Origin: Nocardioides sp.
GTDB lineage: Bacteria; Actinomycetota; Actinomycetes; Propionibacteriales; Nocardioidaceae
Assembly (NCBI GenBank): GCA_035765695.1
Contig: DASTXB010000017.1
Span: 16,939 to 80,938 of the forward strand
Direction of reading: 5' to 3'
DNA length: 64,000 nt
Shown here: positions 8,900 to 19,545 of the stretch, one piece after another
Numbering within the stretch: position 1 is the stretch's first letter
How the letters are laid out: each line of letters starts with the position of its first letter
Position numbers and translations under genes: made by a program
Notes under the pieces: generated by a model
Told to the model about the DNA's origin: nothing
What the model saw: only the letters and a program-made list of their open reading frames with translations
Database searches by the model: none

Positions 8900-9711
8900 A
8901 CGTCCGGCTTGAGCTGAGCGTTAAGACCGAGCGGTCCGAGCAGCGTGTAGTAGCCGGAGTCCCGCTTGCCGTACCGGTACAGGCGGCGAAGCCTGTACGC
9001 CGGGCCAAGGTCGTTCGATGCCTCGACCTCGTTGCCTGAGATGTAGAACGGCAACTCCTTGCCGTATCGCGTCGTCTTCACCTCGATGTACACCGGCTCG
9101 TCGGTCAGCTCCTGGAAGGACTGGACGTCGTACCCAAGCCCGTCGCCATCAAGAACGGAGACGTGCCGCACCTCGGCCGCAAGGTCGTCGCGCCCTCCTT
9201 CGCTCAGCCGGGCGCGCTCGCCCTCCACGACCGCCACTTCACCCGCCTTGCCCAACGCACGGTTCAGCGACTCGATCGCCGCGAAGTCGATGCCGACGAC
9301 GCCGGCCCGATACCACGAGCGTTCCGGCCAGCCCACGGCCGGCGGATCAACCTCGAGACCAAGTGGACTCGGCTCGATGTTCGGATCCTCGACGGACCTC
9401 AGCATGAAGGCGCGCAGCTCGGCATCGCTGGTGAATCGGTCAACGACGACCTCGCGAAGCCGACCCTGAAGGTTGCTTAGCGGCTTGTACCCAGGGATCC
9501 ACACGGCGTTGATCTCGTCTAGGACCGCGGAGATGTTGCTGAGCTTCTTGCCGATGGACCCGCTCGACCGATCGACCGTGCGAGCAATCTCCCGCTGGTA
9601 CTCAGCCTTGACGTACGACTCCTCGGCCAATTCCAGGGTCAGCATCTGGAAGTAGATGTCGACGGTCGTGTTGATCTCGTCATCGCTCCAAGGGCCGGTC
9701 GTCACGCTCAC
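8716..9711 (-). CDS. DUF3883 (NO VEIN C-terminal-like) PD-(D/E)XK nuclease with N-terminal helical domain
   Basis: LGKAGE...GDGLGYDVQSF...IEVKTT...FYISGNE signature; N-terminal WSDDE...YFQML...KLSNISAVL...GYKPLSN. Start uncertain. Confidence 0.8.
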   Translation of the reverse strand: MSVTTGPWSDDEINTTVDIYFQMLTLELAEESYVKAEYQREIARTVDRSSGSIGKKLSNISAVLDEINAVWIPGYKPLSNLQGRLREVVVDRFTSDAELRAFMLRSVEDPNIEPSPLGLEVDPPAVGWPERSWYRAGVVGIDFAAIESLNRALGKAGEVAVVEGERARLSEGGRDDLAAEVRHVSVLDGDGLGYDVQSFQELTDEPVYIEVKTTRYGKELPFYISGNEVEASNDLGPAYRLRRLYRYGKRDSGYYTLLGPLGLNAQLKPDVYRGLPAVDSAGQARMVPATSFATSVGFSCSQKRSTVQPAASSRAVVSASRATLRWSLADQ

Positions 9712-9902
9712 CAGGTTGCCGCACTCGGTTCCAGTTCGCAGCAAATCTCCCCGCGTGCCGACATCCGTCCACAAGCCTCCCCTGGAAGATCCGTCTCGGT
9801 CGGTGGGGGGAGCTAGATTCGATGGCTTCATCGACCGATCGGAGCGGCCGTCGTGATCTCGGGGAACAGGCGACAAATTTCCTGTCCGGCAAGGTCCCAA
9901 AT

Positions 9903-9942
9903 AGCTCAGCTTTCAGCTAAGCTACGAACATGAGCTCGAGCT
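9903..9942. promoter_or_regulatory. Cluster of six AGCT sites over the putative -10 (TAAGCT 9918-9923) and start of the methyltransferase
   Basis: AGCT begins at 9903, 9908, 9915, 9920, 9933 and 9939. A TANNNT hexamer lies 6 nt before ATG 9930 with no RBS (leaderless layout). Confidence 0.7.
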
Positions 9943-11327
9943 CCGCGCCGTTCACGTTCGTCGACCTGTTCGCAGGCGTGGGCGGCTTTCATGCCGCGCT
10001 CGGAGCCCTCGGCGGAGAATGTGTCTATGCAGTCGAGAAGGACGCAGAGGCTGCGGCGGTCTACGAGCGGAACTGGGGGATCAAGGCCCACGGCGACATC
10101 GTCGACGACACCGAATCCCAGATGCGCGTGCCTAAGCACGACGTCCTGGCCGCGGGCTTTCCGTGCCAGCCGTTCTCGAAGTCTGGTTTCCAGCGGGGCA
10201 TGGACGAGGCACGTGGAACGCTGTTCTGGAACATCCTGCGGATCCTCGAAGTGCGGCGCCCCACTGTGGTGCTGCTGGAGAACGTCCGCAACATCTACGG
10301 TCCGCGCCACAAGCACGAGTGGGAAGTGATCGTGCGCTCGCTTCGCGAGCTCGGCTACCAGGTCTCGTCGCGGCCGATCGTCTTCTCGCCGCATCTGCTT
10401 CCGCCTGAGCGCGGGGGACGTCCGCAGGTTCGTGAGCGTGTGTTCATCATGGCGACGTACGTCGGAACGCGTAGCTCCCACATCGATCTGGAGCCGTCAG
10501 TCCCCCACCTTCCGGTGGACGGTTGGTCGCCCTCCGAGTGGGATCTGGTGGAGCATCTGCCCGTCCAGGCGGACCCTGAGCTTGGCAACAGACTGCGACT
10601 GAATCTTGGTCCGGCAGAGACAACCTGGGTCGAGGCGTGGAACGACTTCGTCGTCACGCTTCGGTCTGCTGGGGTCGAGAAGCTGCCCGGCTTCCCCGTA
10701 TGGGTCGATGCGTTCATCCACGAGGACGACATGGTGGTGCCTCCTGGAACCGCGGACTGGAAGGCCGCGTTCCTTCGCAAGAACGCAGCGTTCTATACCC
10801 AGCACCTGGAGCTGCTTGAGGCATGGCTCTCTCGTTGGAACTACCTGCGCGACTTCCCGGCATCTCGAAGGAAGTTCGAATGGCAGGCTCAGGACGCCAA
10901 GTCGCTGACGGACACGGTGATGCACCTACGCCCGTCCGGCCTACGCGTGAAGCAGGCGACCTACGTCCCAGCGTTGGTGGCGATCACGCAAACGAGCATC
11001 CTCGGCGACCGCCTGCGCAGGATCTCCCCACGGGAGGCTGCCCGACTACAGGGCCTTCCTGAGTGGTTCGACTTCGGTGACCAGCCAGACGCCGCGACCT
11101 ACAAGCAGATGGGTAACGGCGTGAACGTTGGCGCCGCCTACCATGTCTTCCGCGAGCATGTCCTTCGGTCGATGGAACCGGTGCGTCGTCGCGCGCCCGG
11201 CCTCGCGCAAGCCGTCGAGCAGTCGGCGGTCAACCCGGACGAGGCCATCGAGCGTTACCGTGACCCGGCCCGCGATGTCATTGTCAGGCGTCGGCGCCCG
11301 GCTGACGCCCGCCGCGTCGCCGGCTGA
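9930..11327 (+). CDS. DNA (cytosine-5) methyltransferase, M.AluI-like (predicted AGCT)
   Basis: C5 motifs FxGxGG, GFPCQPFS, ENV, QVRERVF, RLQG, YKQMGNGV. Variable region FPASRRKFEWQAQD...VMHLRPSG...ALVAITQTSI matches M.AluI as I recall it (not aligned). Confidence 0.92.
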   Translation: MSSSSAPFTFVDLFAGVGGFHAALGALGGECVYAVEKDAEAAAVYERNWGIKAHGDIVDDTESQMRVPKHDVLAAGFPCQPFSKSGFQRGMDEARGTLFWNILRILEVRRPTVVLLENVRNIYGPRHKHEWEVIVRSLRELGYQVSSRPIVFSPHLLPPERGGRPQVRERVFIMATYVGTRSSHIDLEPSVPHLPVDGWSPSEWDLVEHLPVQADPELGNRLRLNLGPAETTWVEAWNDFVVTLRSAGVEKLPGFPVWVDAFIHEDDMVVPPGTADWKAAFLRKNAAFYTQHLELLEAWLSRWNYLRDFPASRRKFEWQAQDAKSLTDTVMHLRPSGLRVKQATYVPALVAITQTSILGDRLRRISPREAARLQGLPEWFDFGDQPDAATYKQMGNGVNVGAAYHVFREHVLRSMEPVRRRAPGLAQAVEQSAVNPDEAIERYRDPARDVIVRRRRPADARRVAG

Positions 11328-11340
11328 CTGACCGGACCGG

Positions 11341-11625
11341 TCACTTCGCCGTAAAGAATTCGACGGCGGCGTGCACGGCCTTGAGGCCCTCGAGGGTGAC
11401 GGTACTTCCGGTCGATTCGAAGGTTGACAGCCATGCGGACCCTGACGCCTCGACGATCCCGCGCGCAAGTTCGGGCTTGGTTCCGTCGGTCGGGAGGCCG
11501 AGTCCCAGTTGATCATTCACTGCTGAGAAGAGTTCCCGCGGTTCCGTGGAGCCGGTCGACATGTGGGGTGGCTCGATGTCAATGAGTCTTGCGATCTCAA
11601 AGACGAAGTCAACCTTGTATCTCAT
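11341..11625 (-). CDS. Small hypothetical protein (94 aa), last gene of the Z1 operon
   Basis: ATGA overlap with the upstream gene at 11622-11625; twin STGSTEP/STGSTVT motifs. Confidence 0.75.
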   Translation of the reverse strand: MRYKVDFVFEIARLIDIEPPHMSTGSTEPRELFSAVNDQLGLGLPTDGTKPELARGIVEASGSAWLSTFESTGSTVTLEGLKAVHAAVEFFTAK

Positions 11626-12482
11626 CCTTGCTGCTCTCCGAACTGGTGGCGGTACTCGGTGCTCAGGTTGTCGAGAAGGTTGCCCCAGCGCTGTTCAGCA
11701 AGGAACGGTGGGTGTCCCTCACATAATCCGGCGATTCGCATCCGCTCTAGGAGGATGGCTCGGGTCGCAACCTCAGCCCAGCGCTTGTCCTCTGGCAGTG
11801 TCCGCGGAATCGCGAGGACTGCGGTGGGATCTACGTCCAGTCCAAGAAGGAGGCTCCACAGGCGGGCGTTGATGTCCCCCGCCTTGTGGGAGAAGTTCTT
11901 CTCCAAGGTCACCTGGATGAGTTGGATCGGGAACCCCGGCCGCCCATCTGGGAAGGGTCGCCATGCGACAACATCGACGCCGCCATCCTTGCGAGCCGGA
12001 TCCCGATAGGCCGTTCCACCCTTGAGCTTCATCTGCTTGACGAGCCACGGGATGGCCAGCGGAAACTCCGGCGGTCTGCCGGGGTCGCCGGGATACCCGA
12101 ACCGCACAGCCTTCGCTCCGTCTCCCAGAAGGACTCTCGAAGCATCCGTCACGATGTGCTCGAACATCTCGGCTGCACCGACCAGATGAGCGACCGGGAA
12201 GTTGACGGACAGGTTGCCGGTCGTCACGAGAAGCATGGCCTCATACGTCGATCGGCCCGAACCGCCTCTTCGTCTGAGTCCCCCATTGGTCACCTCGATC
12301 GGATACTTCTCGCCGAGGAGTTGAGCACGCCGATGAATTGTCGAAACGGCGAGGTCGATGTCAGTTGCCTTGGCGTCGCGGGACGCAGCCGAGGCGGCCC
12401 GGACCCAACTCATCGGCCTTGCGTTAGCTTGGCCGGTCAGGAGCTCGAGCTCAATCGCGTCGGCTACGACCTCAGAATCCAT
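11622..12482 (-). CDS. Putative Mrr-like PD-(D/E)XK-fold nuclease
   Basis: FEH...KDGGVDVVAWRPFPDGR...LIQV...K pattern (E...D-x-G-x-D...Q); coupled to both neighbours. Confidence 0.65.
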   Translation of the reverse strand: MDSEVVADAIELELLTGQANARPMSWVRAASAASRDAKATDIDLAVSTIHRRAQLLGEKYPIEVTNGGLRRRGGSGRSTYEAMLLVTTGNLSVNFPVAHLVGAAEMFEHIVTDASRVLLGDGAKAVRFGYPGDPGRPPEFPLAIPWLVKQMKLKGGTAYRDPARKDGGVDVVAWRPFPDGRPGFPIQLIQVTLEKNFSHKAGDINARLWSLLLGLDVDPTAVLAIPRTLPEDKRWAEVATRAILLERMRIAGLCEGHPPFLAEQRWGNLLDNLSTEYRHQFGEQQG

Positions 12483-12485
12483 GGA

Positions 12486-13589
12486 CTACTGCGACTCCTC
12501 GTCATCGGCGTCGGACGAGCTCCGCAACGCGTCCACCGATGTCTGTAGCTCCTCAAGGAGCGCCTGGACCTCCGGCTCGTCGCCGTGGTCAGCGATGTCA
12601 ATCTCGGCAGCTTGAAGAGCGTTTCGAGCGGCACGGAGTCGCTTGATCAGTCGTTCGAGCTTGTCCAGTCCAGCGTCGTCGATCTTCTGAAGCGCCTCTG
12701 CCAGGTTGTCGCCCGCGCGAAGGGAAGCGAGGCCGACCGGTGAACTGATCGCCCCGCCCAACTTGTTGATGTCGCGCGAGTCGTTCAACACCTTGTCGGT
12801 TTCGGCAGTGCCGAAGACCCAGCCAAGCAGCTCTTTGAGCTCGGATGTCTTGGCCCCGGGAACTGGGTCCGTGCCGGGTTCGAGTTTCGAGCCGAGCGGC
12901 GCTCCAACGAAGCCCCGCAACTTCGTGTTGCTCATTGCGACCGTAAGAAGAGAGAACGCCTCCTCGACCGGTCCGGTCGGAATGCCGAGAGTCGCTGCCT
13001 GCTTGGCGATCGCTTGCTCGCGGTACAGGTTGCCGGCACGACCCTTGTCGATGCCGATCATCTTTGCGACCTCCGCGAACGAAAGCCCGTCATCGTCAAC
13101 CAACTTGGCGACATAGCGCGCCTGCGCGAATGGTGTCCACCCCAGGATGCCTGAGATGTGGCGGAACCCGATGATCGGTACGACCGTTGATCTCGAATCG
13201 ACCACGACCACGGGGACCTCGGTGTCGAGTGTCAGGCCGGCCTTCGCGGCCAATGCGTCCCATTGATCCGGACTTGGAAACTGGCTTCGGATCGATGGTT
13301 GCGCCAGTCCGAGCAAGGCTGTCAGGCGGCGATTGCCTTCGACGACGATCCAGACGCCCGCTTCGTCCTCACTCGGCACCGCGATCAACGGCTCAGACGT
13401 AAAGAACCCGTGGCTTGCGATCGACTCCGCCACTGTGAACGCTTCGAAGCCCAACTCGAGGTCGAAGGCCAAGTCCTCCTGTGAAGCACCTTGAGCAGCG
13501 GCTGGGAGGCGTGGATTCTCGGGATCGAGCCGGAGATTTTCCAGCGCGATCTGACGTTGGTCCCCAAGGTGAGCGCTGCTGGCGGTCAT
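12486..13589 (-). CDS. ParB/Srx-like N-terminal domain protein
   Basis: LRLDPENPRL, SIASHGF..EPLIAV, VVEGNRRLTAL (ParB-box-like), RHISG...W, then an HTH-like segment; ATGA overlap with the Z1 gene. Confidence 0.85.
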   Translation of the reverse strand: MTASSAHLGDQRQIALENLRLDPENPRLPAAAQGASQEDLAFDLELGFEAFTVAESIASHGFFTSEPLIAVPSEDEAGVWIVVEGNRRLTALLGLAQPSIRSQFPSPDQWDALAAKAGLTLDTEVPVVVVDSRSTVVPIIGFRHISGILGWTPFAQARYVAKLVDDDGLSFAEVAKMIGIDKGRAGNLYREQAIAKQAATLGIPTGPVEEAFSLLTVAMSNTKLRGFVGAPLGSKLEPGTDPVPGAKTSELKELLGWVFGTAETDKVLNDSRDINKLGGAISSPVGLASLRAGDNLAEALQKIDDAGLDKLERLIKRLRAARNALQAAEIDIADHGDEPEVQALLEELQTSVDALRSSSDADDEESQ

Positions 13590-15745
13590 GTTGTTGCCTT
13601 TCGTGCGGTGTGCATGTCGGAGAGCCGGATCGCGAGCGTGTAGACGGGCTCAGCACTCCCCAATCTCGGGACGACGTAGTGAACCTGAACTGCGACGGGC
13701 CGATCGTCCTCGGCTGTTGGCGCTGCTCGGTCACCCATGTACCGACCTGGCTGCGCCGATCCATCGCGACCTTGGAAGAGATTCACGAAGCCGAGCTCGT
13801 CCCACTTACGCGTTCGCGGGCCGCCATGCTGATCGTCCATCAGCAAAACAGGCACGTCGACCGCAGCGTCCAACCGCGACAGATGATCGACGATGTCGTC
13901 GTGCCGCCAGCCGGCGCTGTACGACATGAGACGCCACGGACGGATCAACTTATCGAGCACCGCTTTGAGGGGAAGGTCCAATGTTCTGAAACCGAGACGG
14001 CCGTAGTCGCGGCGTTCCGCCTCGAGCAGCCCGATGCCGGCCACCAGCTCAGCATTTGCCTGCCGATCCACAGGGTCCATGCTGGGCTGGCGCAGTGAGT
14101 GCCAGCCGTCGCCCGAAGTATTGAACCTGTTGAGGGCACCAATGACGGCTGGCCTGGTGGCCTGTGTGCCGCTAGGCAGGAGTAGCCCGACCTCTCGCGC
14201 CCACTGGTCGACCGTGCCGCCCTGATCGAGGACATCGCGTAGACGCGCACGAAGGTCGTATTCGGTGAAGACCGTCTCGCGGAGCACCTTGAGCGTTCGA
14301 GGCGTTGCGAAGAACTGGCAGTAGGGAAGCAATTCACCTCGATAGCCGAATGCTCGCGCTCGCTGCTCCATCGTGTCGACCTGAACACTCGCTGGCCGAT
14401 TCATGTAGGTGACCGTTAACCCCTCGACCGTGAAGCCCCGGTCCAACTTGTTGCCGCCAACCAGGATGTGCACCGGCGAAGCGTTCCATTGGATGGCTCT
14501 GATCGCAGACTCGGAGTTCACCAGCCACGTCGTCGTTTCTCGCAGCGCGCGCCGAAGGTGTGGAAGGAGCTGAACGTGGTCCGGCAGAGCGGCACCTGCG
14601 TTGCTGAGACGCTGGTACTCGTCCCGCAACTGGTGCTCAAGATCCGCGAACTCGGCAGCACTGTCGGTGCTGGTTTGCCACTTCCTGAGAACCCGTTGGA
14701 TGAGGAGGTGATACCTACCCTGGACATCATTCCGCTGGGTCGAGTGGACCAGAAGACTCACGGGCTCCAACTCGTCGTCACGCCACAGAAGCGCTGCAGC
14801 GCCGACCAAGAAGTTGGCGAGAGCACTCTCCAGGCTTCCAGGCAGCCGAGTCGGAAGCGTTTTGGTGACCTGCTCATCGCTCGTAGGAATCGGGCGAATC
14901 ACCTTGGGTGCGTGCTCCACGAAGAACTCCCGCCCGCCCGTATATCCGGGGCCTGGATGCAGGAGGGTCACGAACTCGGGCAGCAAATGGTCGTTCAGAT
15001 CCAGGAGCAGCGGCGCATACGGCGTCGCCGTGTATTGCACGTACATGTGCGGGCCGAGCGCTTCCCTCAACTCAGAGATCGCCGCGTATGTCGAACTCTC
15101 TGTCCCCACCTTCACCGACGTATTCAGCGAAGCCTGATCGGCTTCGTCATCGATGACCAGTACCGGACTGTCCGAAAGATCGGTGCCCGCAAGCGCACTA
15201 GCAAGATCTCGGATGCGCCCGGCATGCTTGATCATGGGAATGAGAAGGATCCGGCCGCGACCGAGTTCAGATGCAACCTTCTGTGCCCCCTTGGTGCCCT
15301 TGAGGCCGGTCACCTCTTGCCACTTGTAGTCACGCCGGCCCTCGATCAGGGCATCGCGGATGCGCTTGCCATTCTGGTCCACCAACAGGTTGGTGCTGCC
15401 AAGGAACGCGATGATGATTCGATACCCGGCATCCGCCGCTCCGGCGGCCAGGCCGATGATGTTTGTCGTCTTACCCGACTGAACGTAACCAAGTGCAAGG
15501 CCCGTGACCTGACTCGGAAGCTCACCCAAGGGCCCGTGGGACAGTACGTCATCGACTGCTTCCCAGAGGCCAGCGCGGGTTCCCTCGGTCATAAACGACG
15601 CAAGAGACGCGTCGTAGCGCGCGCGTTCGGCGCCCGTCTCGTTCTGTTCAGGCAAAAGGTCAGCGCCTCGCCCGGATCGATGCACTGCCCACACGATCAA
15701 TCTATAGGCGCATTGAACTGGCCGCGTCCGATCGCGCCAGTTCAC
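13586..15745 (-). CDS. Z1-domain SF2 helicase/ATPase
   Basis: GYVQSGKT (Walker A), IDDEADQASLN (Walker B), YTATPYA, YTGGREFF, GGNKLDRGFTVEGLTVTY, DTMEQRARAFGYR. True start may be downstream of 15745. Confidence 0.9.
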   Translation of the reverse strand: MNWRDRTRPVQCAYRLIVWAVHRSGRGADLLPEQNETGAERARYDASLASFMTEGTRAGLWEAVDDVLSHGPLGELPSQVTGLALGYVQSGKTTNIIGLAAGAADAGYRIIIAFLGSTNLLVDQNGKRIRDALIEGRRDYKWQEVTGLKGTKGAQKVASELGRGRILLIPMIKHAGRIRDLASALAGTDLSDSPVLVIDDEADQASLNTSVKVGTESSTYAAISELREALGPHMYVQYTATPYAPLLLDLNDHLLPEFVTLLHPGPGYTGGREFFVEHAPKVIRPIPTSDEQVTKTLPTRLPGSLESALANFLVGAAALLWRDDELEPVSLLVHSTQRNDVQGRYHLLIQRVLRKWQTSTDSAAEFADLEHQLRDEYQRLSNAGAALPDHVQLLPHLRRALRETTTWLVNSESAIRAIQWNASPVHILVGGNKLDRGFTVEGLTVTYMNRPASVQVDTMEQRARAFGYRGELLPYCQFFATPRTLKVLRETVFTEYDLRARLRDVLDQGGTVDQWAREVGLLLPSGTQATRPAVIGALNRFNTSGDGWHSLRQPSMDPVDRQANAELVAGIGLLEAERRDYGRLGFRTLDLPLKAVLDKLIRPWRLMSYSAGWRHDDIVDHLSRLDAAVDVPVLLMDDQHGGPRTRKWDELGFVNLFQGRDGSAQPGRYMGDRAAPTAEDDRPVAVQVHYVVPRLGSAEPVYTLAIRLSDMHTARKATT

Positions 15746-15777
15746 TCATCCGCTGGGGGCTCGACGGCTTGAGCCCA

Positions 15778-15800
15778 TTCCCCCACCAGTCCCCCACAGC
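15778..15800 (+). repeat. Putative integrase arm-type binding sites (right)
   Basis: Identical 23-mer to 290-312. Confidence 0.7.
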
Positions 15801-15840
15801 AGACTCAGCAGTTAGCAGGGGGATTGCCCGAGAGATGACA

Positions 15841-15866
15841 GAGACCGCAGGCTGACCTGCGGTTTC
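15841..15866 (-). terminator. Hairpin downstream of tRNA-Ala, supplied by the element
   Basis: GAGACCGCAGG-CTGA-CCTGCGGTTTC inverted repeat a few nt past the tRNA 3' end. Confidence 0.55.
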
Positions 15867-15872
15867 AGTGAG

Positions 15873-15945
15873 TGGAGCCTAGGGGACTCGAACCCCTAAC
15901 CCCCTGCTTGCAAAGCAGGTGCGCTACCAATTGCGCCAAGGCCCC
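15873..15945 (-). tRNA. tRNA-Ala(TGC), no encoded CCA; 3' half is the right att junction
   Basis: GGGGCCTTGGCGCAATTGGTAGCGCACCTGCTTTGCAAGCAGGGGGTTAGGGGTTCGAGTCCCCTAGGCTCCA folds as a cloverleaf. Confidence 0.97.
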
Positions 15946-15957
15946 GGGAAGGGACGT

Positions 15958-16083
15958 TCAGGAGCGCTCGACCGGGTCGGTGGCCTCGGCCCAGAGCGCC
16001 TGCTCCTTCTTGCCCTCGTCGAGCTTGCGCTTGACGACGACGGCGCCGCCGACGGCCAGCAGGAGGAACAGGATCTTCTTCAT
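15958..16083 (-). CDS. DLW-39 family small membrane protein
   Basis: [41 protein letters not shown], between tRNA-Ile and tRNA-Ala as is usual in Actinobacteria. Not in the ORF track. Confidence 0.85.
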   Translation of the reverse strand: MKKILFLLLAVGGAVVVKRKLDEGKKEQALWAEATDPVERS

Positions 16084-16118
16084 GGCTGGCTCCCTCGATG
16101 GGCGGATGGATGCCGGAA

Positions 16119-16195
16119 TGGTGGGCCTAACAGGACTTGAACCTGTGACCTCTTCCTTATCAGGGAAGCGCTCTAACCGTCTGAGCTATAGGCCC
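16119..16195 (-). tRNA. tRNA-Ile(GAT)
   Basis: GGGCCTATAGCTCAGACGGTTAGAGCGCTTCCCTGATAAGGAAGAGGTCACAGGTTCAAGTCCTGTTAGGCCCACCA. Confidence 0.97.
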
Positions 16196-16255
16196 TCGAA
16201 CCGAGGGGGAACACTACCGGACCGGCCGCGGCCCGGACAAAACGGGGTGCTCCGG

Positions 16256-16773
16256 CTACCGCTCGTCCTCGGCCAGCGTGAGCTCCACGCCCCCGAGGAG
16301 CGCGGCGGCCATGTTGTAGAGGAACGCGCCGAGGGTGGCGATCGCGGTGATCAGGATGACGTCGACGACGCTCACCAGGATGGTGAAGCCCATGACGCGG
16401 GACATCCCGACGTACTTCTCGACGTCCCAGTTGGCGGCGTCCTCGCCACCGACCACGTCCTGCACGGTCTGGTTGATCGAGTCCCACACGCCGGCGGCGG
16501 CGAGCACCGACCAGATGATGAAGACCGACACCACGGTGACCACGCCGAACGCGATGGCCAGCAGGAACGACGTCTTCATCACCGACCACGGGTCGATCCG
16601 GGTCAGGCGCAGCCGCGCCCGGCGCGGCGGGCGCGGGCCGGCGGGGGCCTTCGTGGCCGCCTTGGTCGAGCCCGGCTGGGCGTTGGCACGGTGCTCGTCG
16701 GCGGCGTTCGACAGCTTGGCCGAGATCCGTTCGCCGAGGGGGGCGCGTACCGCAGTGTCCTGGCGGTCGGTCA

Positions 16774-16774
<1 letters not shown>
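16256..16774 (-). CDS. DUF3566 membrane protein
   Basis: RRARLRLTRIDPWSVMK, TLGAFLYN...GGVELTL; conserved position after gyrA. Confidence 0.9.
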
Positions 16775-19494
<2,720 letters not shown>

Positions 19495-19545
19495 GATTGA
19501 TCTTTCTGGTCGCTTCTACCGGAATCTAGGACTGCTGCTAGAGAC

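Larger units (their letters stand above)
161..15917. mobile_element. Integrative (probably mobilizable) element / defence island in tRNA-Ala(TGC)
   Basis: 46-bp direct repeat of the tRNA 3' half at 161-206 and 15872-15917. Integrase at one end; excisionase, relaxase and defence genes inside. Cargo codon usage is visibly less GC-biased than the host genes. Confidence 0.95.

Noticed and set aside
12486-13589. Island ParB-like gene as a partition system
   Set aside because: No ParA partner or parS nearby; it is coupled to a helicase and a nuclease and lacks the GLGRG and GERRWRA features of the chromosomal ParB.
363-15745. Prophage
   Set aside because: No capsid, terminase, portal, tail or lysis genes; the relaxase indicates a mobilizable element.
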